A stretch of DNA of 64,000 nucleotides, taken from assembly GCA_963793265.1 (NCBI GenBank), contig CAWBZI010000001.1, forward strand, positions 1,024,001-1,088,000, given 5' to 3'. The notes under the pieces were generated by a model that saw only the letters and a program-made list of their open reading frames with translations, was not told where the DNA came from and did not search any database. This DNA is from an uncultured cyanobacterium (lineage in GTDB: Bacteria; Cyanobacteriota; Cyanobacteriia; Phormidesmidales; Phormidesmidaceae). Positions 46,851 through 56,496 of the stretch are shown one piece after another (position 1 is the stretch's first letter; each line of letters begins with the position of its first letter). The translations under genes were made by a program, and so were the position numbers.

Positions 46851-49310
46851 GTGGCCAATCTCTTTTCACAGCTAAAGCAATGGTCTGATCGAAAGCTAGG
46901 CTCATCGCCCCGGCGTTCGTCTAGAACGGTGCGACAGCGCAAAATGGCTGTTAGAACGGGCAATACAGAGATCCCTACGACGCAGATTCAAACAGACGCA
47001 CCGCCCGCCATTCCTCAAAAACGCTTGGGACGAAGATCGCCCCAGAGAAGCCATCAGGGCGTCGGTCAAGAAATTGGGATTAAACCGCCTTACAAGCGAC
47101 CTGTGTTCTGGATTTTGCTGCTGCTAGGCGCAGGTGTAGCAGCCCCAGTTACTCAGTTCTACAGAATTTCAAGCGAGCTAGAAGAGACGGTTCCCGATGT
47201 CACCAAGGCGCTGACCTACGATCGCAACGGCACCATTACCCTCAAAGACGACAGCGGCAAAGTTTTACAGAAGGTAGGCCCCACTGCGCAAGAGAGCCTG
47301 ACATTTGACGAGATTCCCGAGGTCGTCTCTCAAGCCTTCATCGCCGCCGAAGACCGCCGGTTCTATGAGCACAGCGGCGTAGACTATCGATCCATCGCTA
47401 GAGCGAGCGTCGCTAACCTCACCAGTGGCGGCGTGGTAGAAGGGGCAAGTACTATCACGCAGCAGCTTGCTCGCCTGACTTTTCTTAATCAAGACCGCAG
47501 CTTTCAGCGCAAGTTCAAAGAAGCCATTCTTGCCCGGCGGCTAGAGAAAGATCTGGGCAAAGAGAAAGTGCTAGAGCGCTATTTGAACCTGGTGTATTTG
47601 GGCGCAGGTGCCTATGGTGTAGCAGATGCCGCCTGGATTTACTTTGGGAAAACCGTTGATGACCTGAGCGTGGCAGACGTAGCGCTGATTGCAGGAATGG
47701 CACCAGCTCCTAGCGTATATTCGCCCCTAGTCGATCCTGAGGCGGCTCGCAAGCAGCGCGATAAGGTCATTAGCCGAATGGAGGTAAACGGCGTTATCAC
47801 TACCGCCGAAGCAAACGAAGCATACAAGCAAGATGTCGCGCTAGAGCCCAAAGACCCCAAGTATCTCTACAGTGAGTTTCCCTATTTCACTATCTACATC
47901 AAAAAACAGCTATCTGAGCTACTTTCGCCCGAAGAAATTGAAGCGGGTGGCTTAGTTGTAGAGACTTCGCTAAATACTAAGTGGCAAAAGGCGGCTGAGA
48001 AAACAGTCGAAGAAGTCGTAGCAGACTACAGCGATTGGCAGGGCTTTGAGCAGGCATCGCTAGTGGCGATTGACCCGAAAACAGGCGAAATCAAAGCGAT
48101 GGTGGGCGGCACCGACTTTGACGGCAGTCAGTTCAACCGGGTGACCCAGGCGCAAAGACAGCCAGGTTCTACGTTCAAAGCCTTTGTGTATGCGACTGCG
48201 ATCGCCACTGGCATGTCTCCTTACAAGGGCTACACCGACGCGCGCTACGTTGTTGACGGCTACGAGCCTAAAAACTACGGCGGTGGCTACAGCGGCAACG
48301 TCGATTTGCGCAGAGCCCTTTCTAGCTCCATCAATATCGTCGCCGTGAAGCTCCTGGTCGATGTCGGATTTGATCCGGTCATCGCCATGGCTCACCGCAT
48401 GGGCATAGATTCTAAACTGCTACCGGCATATTCACTCGCACTCGGCTCTTCAGAAGTCAATCTGCTGGAACTCACCAGCGCCTACGGTGCGTTTGCCGCT
48501 GAAGGTAAGCACGTGGCTCCTCATGGCATTACACGCATTACGAACGCAGCGGGCGATGTGGTATACGAGTTTGATGAAAAGCCCAAGCAGGCAATAGATG
48601 CTGATACCGCTGCAATTATGACCTGGATGCTAGAAGGCGTTGTTCAGGGCGGCTCAGGTGCGAACGCGGCCATTCCCGGACGGCAAGTCGCCGGTAAAAC
48701 AGGTACCTCTGAGAAAAACAGGGATCTTTGGTTTATTGGCTACACGCCGCAGCTTGTTGCAGGCGTGTGGATGGGCAACGACGACAGTACCCCAACCGGA
48801 GGCGCTAGCCGTACCGCAGCGCTCACCTGGTACAAATTTGTCGATCAGTTTATTGACGATTTGCCTGAAGAGTCGTTTCCTGACTTACCTGAACTAGGCG
48901 GGCGCGAAGGCACCCTGGCTGCCAAGCCGGTTTCGCCAGGCAGGGTCATTGCCGAACAGCCGGGCCAAAGACGTGAGGAAGAAAGGGGCGATCGCAGAGC
49001 AGCTCGTCGCGCAGAACCCGTTTACGAACCAGAGCCCTATTACGAACCAGAGCCTTACTACGAACCAGAACCCGTTTACGAACCAGAGCCCTATTACGAA
49101 CCAGAGCCAGCAGCCAGCAGTGGCGGTGACGAATACTTCGAGCCCGCACCTGCGCCCGCGCCCGCGCCCGCCTACGAGCCGCCAGTATACGAGCCACCTG
49201 CACCAGCCGCCGTCTACGAACCGCCACCGCCGCCACCCGCGCCAGTATACGAGCCACCGCCGCCAGCACCAGAGCTATCACCACCTCGACCTAGCGTTTT
49301 GGATAATTAG
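46851..49310 (+). CDS. Class A penicillin-binding protein (PBP1A family)
   Basis: EDRRFYEH, GASTITQQL, RK.KE, QPGSTFK, SIN, KTGT; Pro/Glu/Tyr-rich tail. Confidence 0.95.
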   Translation: MANLFSQLKQWSDRKLGSSPRRSSRTVRQRKMAVRTGNTEIPTTQIQTDAPPAIPQKRLGRRSPQRSHQGVGQEIGIKPPYKRPVFWILLLLGAGVAAPVTQFYRISSELEETVPDVTKALTYDRNGTITLKDDSGKVLQKVGPTAQESLTFDEIPEVVSQAFIAAEDRRFYEHSGVDYRSIARASVANLTSGGVVEGASTITQQLARLTFLNQDRSFQRKFKEAILARRLEKDLGKEKVLERYLNLVYLGAGAYGVADAAWIYFGKTVDDLSVADVALIAGMAPAPSVYSPLVDPEAARKQRDKVISRMEVNGVITTAEANEAYKQDVALEPKDPKYLYSEFPYFTIYIKKQLSELLSPEEIEAGGLVVETSLNTKWQKAAEKTVEEVVADYSDWQGFEQASLVAIDPKTGEIKAMVGGTDFDGSQFNRVTQAQRQPGSTFKAFVYATAIATGMSPYKGYTDARYVVDGYEPKNYGGGYSGNVDLRRALSSSINIVAVKLLVDVGFDPVIAMAHRMGIDSKLLPAYSLALGSSEVNLLELTSAYGAFAAEGKHVAPHGITRITNAAGDVVYEFDEKPKQAIDADTAAIMTWMLEGVVQGGSGANAAIPGRQVAGKTGTSEKNRDLWFIGYTPQLVAGVWMGNDDSTPTGGASRTAALTWYKFVDQFIDDLPEESFPDLPELGGREGTLAAKPVSPGRVIAEQPGQRREEERGDRRAARRAEPVYEPEPYYEPEPYYEPEPVYEPEPYYEPEPAASSGGDEYFEPAPAPAPAPAYEPPVYEPPAPAAVYEPPPPPPAPVYEPPPPAPELSPPRPSVLDN
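49014..49109 (+). repeat. 18-bp coding tandem repeat, (V/Y)YEPEP x5
   Basis: TACGAACCAGA(G/A)CC recurs every 18 bp. Confidence 0.9.
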
Positions 49311-49354
49311 GCTTTAAGGGTTTAGCAGCTAGACAGTTAGATAAATAGGTAGAG

Positions 49355-49390
49355 GAGAGCCAGTGATTGAGTGCGATCGCTGGCTTTTTT
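49355..49390 (+). terminator. Intrinsic terminator after PBP1A, containing a HIP1 site
   Basis: AGAGCCAGTGATTG...CGATCGCTGGC then TTTTTT. Confidence 0.75.
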
Positions 49391-49549
49391 GTAGCTTGGC
49401 TTCTTCACCATCCAACCTTTATACAATCTGGCCCTCATCCGCTCAAATCGACGATGCCAAGCGCTAGACTTGTACACAGCTTTTTGTACACAGCCCAGAA
49501 CACAAGGTTAAAAAGCTTCCTAATTCTCTTCTCAACTGCCCAGATCACC

Positions 49550-51382
49550 ATGTCTTTTTCTCAACGCGTCCCTAGCTTCAGCGAAAAGAAAGGAGGCCGC
49601 ACCGTTGGCCGCCAGTATCAGTCAGTCGTGATCATGCTGCTGCTGAGCCTGGTGATGGTAGGCGGCATTGGCAGTCGGCTGGCCTACCTACAGCTTGTTC
49701 AAGGCGAGCGCAATCGCGAACTTGCAGAAGACAACCGAATTCTACTCTTACCTCGGCGTCCGGCAAGAGGCACCATATTCGATCGAAACGGCGAAATTCT
49801 CGTCGGATCTCGGCTCTCTCACTCCGTCTCTATTTGGCCTATTGCGTTGCCCAAAGATGAAGCTGAGCGCGAACAGGTCATTGCCCGCCTGGCCCAAATT
49901 TTAGACGTTCCTACAGAAGAAATTAACGATCGCCTGGCTCAAAGCAGCTACAACCTCAACAAATCCGTCCCTATCTCCAGAGGCGTCAGCTCCGCGCAAA
50001 CCACAGCGCTAGCTGAATATGACCACGAGCTACCCGGCGTTCGCGTAGAGGCAGAAGCCGTACGGAACTATCCCCGTGGCGACTTAGCTGCTCACGTTCT
50101 AGGCTATACCGGCGAACTCAATGATGTCGAACTCGAAGAACTCAAAGATCAGGACTACCGGCTCGGTGATGTTATTGGCAAAATGGGCCTAGAGATGGCG
50201 CTGGAGCCGACCCTGAGAGGTCAGTGGGGCGGGCAGCAGGTAGAAGTAGACAGTAGTGGTAGGGTGCTGAGCGTCATTGGTGAAAAGCCTTCTATCTCAG
50301 GGCAGGACGTTCAGATTACGCTGGATTTGGAGCTGCAAAAGGCAGCCGAAAAGGCACTGGATGAGAAGGGTGACAAGCTAGGCGCAATTGTGGCGATCGA
50401 TCCGCGAGACGGGGCGGTTAGAGCCATGGTCAGCAGGCCCACCTTCGATCCTAATATTTTCTCAACTCGAATTACCCAGGCCCAGTGGGAGCAGATTACA
50501 AAAAACGGCTATCCGTTAGTGAACCGGGCGATGCAGGCATACGCACCAGCGAGCACCTTCAAGGTGATTACCGCGACCGCAGGAATGGAGTCAGGCAAGT
50601 TTAGTCCAGAAACGGTGCTGCCTACTTACGCCTTCTTAAATTTTGGCGGCATTCAGTTTTGGGACTGGAACAATGCAGGTTTTGGGCCTCTAGGATTTAG
50701 GGGCGCAATGGCAATGAGTAGCGACACCTTCTTTTACCAGATTGGGCGGGGTGTTGGCGAAAAGAGCTTACAGGAATGGATGCATAAGTATGGGCTGGGC
50801 TCAAGAACAGGAATAGAACTAGGATTTGAAGAGGCAAAGGGGCTGGTGCCCGATGAAGAATGGAAGCTTAGAGAGCTAGATGAGCCCTGGTATTTGGGCG
50901 ATACGATTAACGCTTCGATTGGCCAAGGAAACGTGCTTGCAACGCCTCTGCAAATTGCGGTGATGTTCGCAATCGTGGCGAATGGTGGCGATCATGTGAC
51001 CCCCCATTTTGTTGTAGATGACAGTAAGACTTGGCGCAGATCGATAGGGATGAAGCCTAGCACCATTAAAGTATTGCAAGAGAGCTTGCGTCAGGTCGTC
51101 ACCAACGGTACTGGTGGCGCGGTTAACGATCCTAAGCTGCCGCCGATTGCAGGTAAGAGTGGAACAGCCGAAGCCCCGCCAAGAGAGAACCATACGTGGT
51201 TCGGAGCCTACGGCCCGTACGAAGATCCTGAAATTGTGGTGGTGGCCTTTGGTGAGCACACGGGTGGCGGTGGCGGTTCTTTTGCTGCGCCAATGGTGAA
51301 GCAGGTGTTAGATCAGTACTTTGGGGTTAAAGAAGACGAGAGTGAGGAGCCCACTGTCGATCCGGCCCTTGGGACGCAGTGA
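49550..51382 (+). CDS. mrdA: Penicillin-binding protein 2
   Basis: RLAYLQ, RGTIFDRNG, RNYP, PASTFK, SSD, KSGTAE; ATG at 49550 chosen because the longer start lies in the terminator. Confidence 0.93.
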   Translation: MSFSQRVPSFSEKKGGRTVGRQYQSVVIMLLLSLVMVGGIGSRLAYLQLVQGERNRELAEDNRILLLPRRPARGTIFDRNGEILVGSRLSHSVSIWPIALPKDEAEREQVIARLAQILDVPTEEINDRLAQSSYNLNKSVPISRGVSSAQTTALAEYDHELPGVRVEAEAVRNYPRGDLAAHVLGYTGELNDVELEELKDQDYRLGDVIGKMGLEMALEPTLRGQWGGQQVEVDSSGRVLSVIGEKPSISGQDVQITLDLELQKAAEKALDEKGDKLGAIVAIDPRDGAVRAMVSRPTFDPNIFSTRITQAQWEQITKNGYPLVNRAMQAYAPASTFKVITATAGMESGKFSPETVLPTYAFLNFGGIQFWDWNNAGFGPLGFRGAMAMSSDTFFYQIGRGVGEKSLQEWMHKYGLGSRTGIELGFEEAKGLVPDEEWKLRELDEPWYLGDTINASIGQGNVLATPLQIAVMFAIVANGGDHVTPHFVVDDSKTWRRSIGMKPSTIKVLQESLRQVVTNGTGGAVNDPKLPPIAGKSGTAEAPPRENHTWFGAYGPYEDPEIVVVAFGEHTGGGGGSFAAPMVKQVLDQYFGVKEDESEEPTVDPALGTQ

Positions 51383-51456
51383 TAGGTCTTTTGAAATACT
51401 TTTCTGATTGGCTTTAGGATGGCGGCTATCATAGGGATGGAATTACATTTCTTAAT

Positions 51457-52908
51457 ATGACGGCACCCAATCCCTCAGAGCGCTCTATAAAGCAAAAAAC
51501 CAAAGGATTTATAGAGCAGCGAATTCTGCTGGGCCAGCCCCTCACGCTAGAACTCAGCGCAATTTTGCTGGTGTATTTTGTGCAGGGCATTTTGGGCCTA
51601 GCGCGCCTGGCGGTGAGCTTTTTTCTCAAAGACGATATCGGGCTTTCACCGGCTGAGGTGTCGGCGCTGATGGGAATTGCGGCGCTGCCCTGGACGATTA
51701 AGCCCGTGTTTGGCTTTTTGTCAGATGGACTGCCTATTTTTCGGTACCGACGCAGGCCCTATCTGATTTTGTCTGGGATTTTGGGCGCGATCGCCTGGCT
51801 CTCCATGGCCACCCTCGTCGATACCCCTCTCAAAGCCACCGCCGCCGTTCTCCTTTCCTCACTATCAGTTGCTATCTCTGATGTGATCGTCGATTCACTC
51901 GTCGTAGAGCGCGCTCGCGAAGAGGATCAGGGCGATGCAGGCACACTACAGTCCTTAGCCTGGGGCGCTTCAGCCGTTGGCGGATTGATTACAGCCTACT
52001 TAGGGGGTTTACTGCTAGAGCGCACCAGCACTCAGGTCATCTTTGGCATCACCGCGACCTTTCCCCTTATCGTCTGCGGCGTAGCCTGGCTAATCTCAGA
52101 AGATCCGGTCACCGAAAAGTCAAACCTGAAAGTTGTCCTCGATCAGGTACGCCTGCTCAAAGGTGCGGTATCTCAAAAAGCGATCTGGCTCCCGGCGCTA
52201 TTCTTGTTCCTATGGCAGGCCACCCCCACTGCCGACTCCGCTTTCTTCTTCTTTTCTACCAACGAGCTAGGCTTTCAACCCGAATTTTTAGGCCGCGTTC
52301 GACTGGTCACCAGCCTGGCCTCGCTCATCGGCATCTGGGTCTTCCAGCGCTTCCTCAAAGAAGTCTCCTTTCGTAAAATCTTCGGCTGGTCTACCGTCAT
52401 CTCTGCGGCCCTTGGCATGACAAGCCTGCTGCTCGTAACCCACGCCAACCGCGCCCTCGGCATTGGCGACCAGTGGTTTAGCTTAGGCGATAGCCTGGTG
52501 CTCACCGTCGCCGGACAAATTGCCTTTATGCCCGTGTTAGTACTCTCTGCCAGGCTATGCCCACCGGGGGTAGAAGCCACTTTGTTTGCTTTGCTAATGT
52601 CAGTGGTAAATCTGGCGGGGTTGCTCTCACATGAGCTGGGTGCGCTGCTGACACACTGGCTAAAGGTTACAGAAACGGACTTCACGAATCTATGGCGGCT
52701 AGTGCTGATTACAAACCTCACAACGCTGCTGCCGCTGCCGCTGTTGGGAATGCTGCCAGCCGCCTCAGCAGTCGGCACCAGTTCAGAAGGTTCAGAAGAT
52801 TCAGAAGGTTCAAGAGAGCCTACTGAACCTCAGCGAGAACCAGCCTTAGCGCTAGCAACACCAGAAATCTCTGACGACGCAGCGGTTCGAGTAGACATCA
52901 CGCTTTAG
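51457..52908 (+). CDS. Folate/biopterin (FBT) family MFS transporter
   Basis: VYFVQG, PWTIKPVFGFLSD, YRRRPY, LCPPGVEATLFALLMS. Confidence 0.93.
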   Translation: MTAPNPSERSIKQKTKGFIEQRILLGQPLTLELSAILLVYFVQGILGLARLAVSFFLKDDIGLSPAEVSALMGIAALPWTIKPVFGFLSDGLPIFRYRRRPYLILSGILGAIAWLSMATLVDTPLKATAAVLLSSLSVAISDVIVDSLVVERAREEDQGDAGTLQSLAWGASAVGGLITAYLGGLLLERTSTQVIFGITATFPLIVCGVAWLISEDPVTEKSNLKVVLDQVRLLKGAVSQKAIWLPALFLFLWQATPTADSAFFFFSTNELGFQPEFLGRVRLVTSLASLIGIWVFQRFLKEVSFRKIFGWSTVISAALGMTSLLLVTHANRALGIGDQWFSLGDSLVLTVAGQIAFMPVLVLSARLCPPGVEATLFALLMSVVNLAGLLSHELGALLTHWLKVTETDFTNLWRLVLITNLTTLLPLPLLGMLPAASAVGTSSEGSEDSEGSREPTEPQREPALALATPEISDDAAVRVDITL

Positions 52909-52985
52909 ATTGTTCTAGTTTTTGTTCAAGCCTTACCATCTCTCCTTTCACCTTTCTACCAACCACCAAATTACCTATCAAACCT

Positions 52986-54491
52986 ATGCAAACGCTTCAA
53001 TCGCCTTCTAAAAACTCAGAGACTTACACCCGAGAAGATTGGAAAAAGGGCTACGATTCTCAACCCGAAGAGTTTGCCTACTGGGTAGAAGATATTGAAG
53101 GCGAAATTCCAGCCGAGCTGACAGGCACCGTTTTTCGCAACGGCCCTGGTCTTACAGATGTCAATGGCTACCGGCTCAAGCATCCCTTTGATGGCGATGG
53201 CATGATTAATTCAATGGCGATTAAAGACGGTAAGGCGTTCTATCGCAACAAGTTTGTGCGAACAGAGGGCTACCTGGCTGAGCAAGAGAGCGGTAAGCCT
53301 GAATATCGTGGCGTTTTTGGTACGCAAAAGCCAGGCGGCTGGCTAGCGAATGCGTTTGATGTGAACCTGAAGAATATTGCGAATACGCATGTGGTGTATT
53401 GGGGCGATCGCCTCCTCGCCCTATGGGAAGCCGCCGAACCCCACCGCCTCGATCCGCACACCCTCGACACTATTGGCCTAGATCATCTAGACGGCCTGCT
53501 CAAAGAAGGCGAAGCCTTTGCAGCCCATCCTAAGTTCGATCCTGATTGCAAGGGTGAAGAGAGAATGGTGACGTTTGGGGTAAAGAGTGGGCTTTCTAGC
53601 ACGATTAAGATATTTGAGTTTGGGCCAGATGGTGCGATCGCCCAGCAGCACAGCCACTCAGTCCCTGGATTCGCCTTCCTCCACGACTTTGCCATCACGC
53701 CCAACTACTGCGTTTTTGTCCAAAACCCGGTGAGCTTCAACCCCATCCCCTTCGTCATCGGCCTAAAGGGCGCAGCCGAATGCATCCAGTTCAATCCGAA
53801 GCAGCCCACAAAAATCATCCTAATTCCTCGGGACGGCAGCAGCGAAGTACGCTTTTTTGACACCGATCCTTGCTTTGTATTCCACCACGCCAATGCCTAC
53901 GAGGCTGACGGCAAGTTAGTTTTAGACTCCATTTGCTACGACGAATTCCCGAGCATCGGAGATGCAGAAGACTACAGCACCGTCGATTTTGACCACGTGC
54001 CCGCCAGTCAGCTCTGGCGCTTCACAGTGGATTTGGCAACTGAGAAGGTAGACCGTTCGATTCCCATTGAGCGCTACTGCGAGTTTCCAACCATTCAGCC
54101 ACAAAAGGTAGGCCGAGACTATCAGTATCTATACATCGGCGTAGCGCACAAGGACACGGGCAATGCGCCTTTACAAGGGTTGCTAAAGCGAGATATGCAC
54201 TCTGGTGAAGAACAGTTTTGGAGCGCGGCCCCTCGCGGGTTCACAGGCGAGCCTTTGTTTGTCGCAAAGCCCGATGGTAAATCGGAAGATGACGGATGGA
54301 TTTTGCTGTGGCTGTATAACGCAGCAGGCGAAAGCGAAAGCGCGGCTTCATCTGGTCGTACAGAACTCGCTATCTTCAATGCGCAAGACATCACCACCGG
54401 CCCCATTGCCAAGCTCAACTTAAAGCATCACGTCCCTTATGGCTTGCACGGCAGCTTCACGGGTTCTTACTTTGGCCCGGATGCTGCTTAA
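52986..54491 (+). CDS. Carotenoid/apocarotenoid cleavage oxygenase (RPE65 family)
   Basis: RNGPG, HPFDGDG, AHPK, HDF, FHHANAYE, EFP, GLHG Fe-binding His motifs. Confidence 0.93.
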   Translation: MQTLQSPSKNSETYTREDWKKGYDSQPEEFAYWVEDIEGEIPAELTGTVFRNGPGLTDVNGYRLKHPFDGDGMINSMAIKDGKAFYRNKFVRTEGYLAEQESGKPEYRGVFGTQKPGGWLANAFDVNLKNIANTHVVYWGDRLLALWEAAEPHRLDPHTLDTIGLDHLDGLLKEGEAFAAHPKFDPDCKGEERMVTFGVKSGLSSTIKIFEFGPDGAIAQQHSHSVPGFAFLHDFAITPNYCVFVQNPVSFNPIPFVIGLKGAAECIQFNPKQPTKIILIPRDGSSEVRFFDTDPCFVFHHANAYEADGKLVLDSICYDEFPSIGDAEDYSTVDFDHVPASQLWRFTVDLATEKVDRSIPIERYCEFPTIQPQKVGRDYQYLYIGVAHKDTGNAPLQGLLKRDMHSGEEQFWSAAPRGFTGEPLFVAKPDGKSEDDGWILLWLYNAAGESESAASSGRTELAIFNAQDITTGPIAKLNLKHHVPYGLHGSFTGSYFGPDAA

Positions 54492-54617
54492 GAGCTAACG
54501 TTTGCTCGGGGATAATCAAATACGACAGACGGCAACAGTTGGGCTCTGGTCGAAGTGACTGAAGCTCAGCTCGAAGCCGTTGAGGTCGGCTCTGATGAGC
54601 AGCTTATAACAGGAGAA

Positions 54618-54932
54618 CTATGCAGTGGTTAGCTCACGCTGTTTGATGTTGCTAGTATCGGTTTCGAGCTGAGCGATCGCCAAGCGATACTCCGTTTCGA
54701 TACGCATCCAAACCGCAGGCGAACCACCCGTGTGAGCAGCAATTTTCACGGCCAGCTCAGGTGTCAACGCTGACTTACCACTAAGCATACGACTGATAGT
54801 AGAGGCGCTTACACCGATAGCCTCAGCCAACTGCGCACCACTCAGACCTTCCATGTGCATATCTTTTATAATTTCTGCCGCAGGCATCGGGCGATCGCAC
54901 AGTGGCAAGTGATTAAAGCGTGTCTCAGTCAT
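54618..54932 (-). CDS. higA: HigA family antitoxin (XRE HTH)
   Basis: LAEAIGVS.STISR...GK..LTPELAVKI....G.SP.VWM. Confidence 0.85.
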   Translation of the reverse strand: MTETRFNHLPLCDRPMPAAEIIKDMHMEGLSGAQLAEAIGVSASTISRMLSGKSALTPELAVKIAAHTGGSPAVWMRIETEYRLAIAQLETDTSNIKQRELTTA

Positions 54933-54949
54933 CTTTTATTCTCTTACTC

Positions 54950-55270
54950 TTAATGAGTATTGTCTGTATATTCAATTCCGGTCACATCGGCAGTCGCTTT
55001 GTTGAAGCAGAACAACAATCTGTAATTCCCACTGACTCTGATTTCCCACCAATCATCGCCATACTCCTTGTAATTTTGGAAGTTGTAGCTATTCGCTGAG
55101 AAGGTTTCCTTAAGTTCTCCAAATGAGCGGACAGCATTCAGAGACTTTAGAATCGCCTTTAACTTTTTAGCTGCCTTCTCAGGCACCTTCATGTTCTTAT
55201 CTTTCGGGGGTGTCTCTTGTGTTCCTTCCCACCAAACTTTTAGATTTTTGGTTTTGAATGATTTAATCAT
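54950..55270 (-). CDS. higB: HigB/RelE family toxin
   Basis: MIKSFK.K.LK, W.IRVSGNYRLLF.F, toxin-first order with higA. Confidence 0.82.
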   Translation of the reverse strand: MIKSFKTKNLKVWWEGTQETPPKDKNMKVPEKAAKKLKAILKSLNAVRSFGELKETFSANSYNFQNYKEYGDDWWEIRVSGNYRLLFCFNKATADVTGIEYTDNTH

Positions 55271-55284
55271 AGCTCATTTTTCTG

Positions 55285-55297
55285 TGCGCTGTGCGCA
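55285..55297. promoter_or_regulatory. Candidate HigA operator palindrome
   Basis: TGCGC-tgt-GCGCA 15 bp upstream of the higB start. Confidence 0.35.
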
Positions 55298-55461
55298 ACT
55301 AGCAATATTTTACATTCATTTTAAAAGGCCATCTTCCCTGACACGGTAGACGTGTCGAGCGCTATCAGGCAGCAAGACTATCTTGTAGCACAACGAACTC
55401 TAGCTTTTATACGGAGAGGTATCCTACCAAACTACGATATATTCGGAGGCTGTAAGCGTAG

Positions 55462-56007
55462 ATGCGTATTCTTCTCGTAAACCCGCCTCATACCGCAATT
55501 GGCAGTCGCATTCATAAAGAACAACTGCCGCCTTTGAGCCTACTGTGCATCGACAGGCCGCTGATAGACGCTGGGCATGACGTCGCCTTATTAGACGCAG
55601 AGTTAGGGCCACTTTCTCCGAAAGATCGCTGCGTTATTCAGCTTGACTAGCGCCTATGGGACTACAAGCATCAGGTGCTAGAGACTGTTCACATGCCATC
55701 ATGGCGTATTTTCCTATGAGTGAAGCTAGTTGAACTTGTGTTGCAAGCTCGCCCCAAAGCGCTATGGCCATCGCTGCTCCAACCCGACCGTGCAGCTAGA
55801 GGCGGCATGAGATGGTTCACTCATATGGGTAAGCGCGTCTTCCTTCATGAATGGTGGATTTTTTTCTTTCGCGACAAGCTCATGCGCAACGGGCCAACCC
55901 TGGCCGAGTTTTGGGGAGCCCCTCAAGACCACGAAGAGATTCCGCTACGGCTGCGGCAACCGAAAGCAACAAAACTCTCTGCGAAAGATACTGCCGAAAC
56001 AAGCTGA
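55462..56007 (+). pseudogene. Internally deleted B12-binding radical SAM gene (BchE-like)
   Basis: MRILLVNPPH.AIGSRI..EQLPPL.LL....PLIDAGHDV.LLDAE joined in frame to a C-terminal WDYKHQVL...ARPKAL segment; stops at 55648 and 55717; no CxxxCxxC. Confidence 0.75.
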
Positions 56008-56046
56008 CACTCACGGACGAATCTAGTGCAATTAATGGAATAACCG

Positions 56047-56364
56047 TTACTTGACCACTGCCGCATCGCTCGCGTCTACGTCCACTAGCGCTATCTGTAG
56101 ACGCTTGCCTAATACAGTGGCAGCTCGCTCTAGCGTTTTCAGCGTAACTGACGTGTTCTCTGGGTCTAGCAGCCTATCGAGTGATGTCCGGCTTGTCCTC
56201 ATCTGCTCTGCCATTTGGGACTTGTTTAAGCCCTGGCTGTTCATTGCTTCAGATACCTGCCATGCCAATACTCGTTTAATGGTGATCGCACTAACTTCGG
56301 ATAAGATGCCGTCTTCTTCTAGCAATTCATTAAGAGAAGAACCGATATATGGGTTGTGCATCAT
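56047..56364 (-). CDS. XRE-family HTH antitoxin
   Basis: NPYIGSSL.ELLEEDG, IKRVLAWQ, MA..M.TSR..LDRLLDP.N.SVTL.TL. Confidence 0.85.
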   Translation of the reverse strand: MMHNPYIGSSLNELLEEDGILSEVSAITIKRVLAWQVSEAMNSQGLNKSQMAEQMRTSRTSLDRLLDPENTSVTLKTLERAATVLGKRLQIALVDVDASDAAVVK

Positions 56365-56450
56365 TGGCTGGCCTCAACTTTAGTCTTTCTTTCGAACGCT
56401 AGGTCTAGCTCCTGCTTTTGGGTCTTCTGCGTCTTCTTGTTGAATCCGTT
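56361..56450 (-). pseudogene. 3-prime remnant of a RelE/Gp49-like toxin
   Basis: NGFNKKTQKTQKQELDLAFERKTKVEASQ* resembles the HGFIKKTQKTP..EL.LA toxin tail; ATGA overlap with the antitoxin. Confidence 0.7.
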
Positions 56451-56496
56451 TACTGCATCAGGTACTTGTACCTCAGCTTCTGTATTAGAACAAAGC

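Noticed and set aside
52782..52812. 9-bp repeat TCAGAAG(G/A)T x3 in the folate carrier tail
   Set aside because: Trivial in-frame slippage in a disordered tail
54515..54632. Short open frame TDGNSWALVEVTEAQL resembling a DUF4926-like tail
   Set aside because: Too short and lacks a start; cannot be supported without a search
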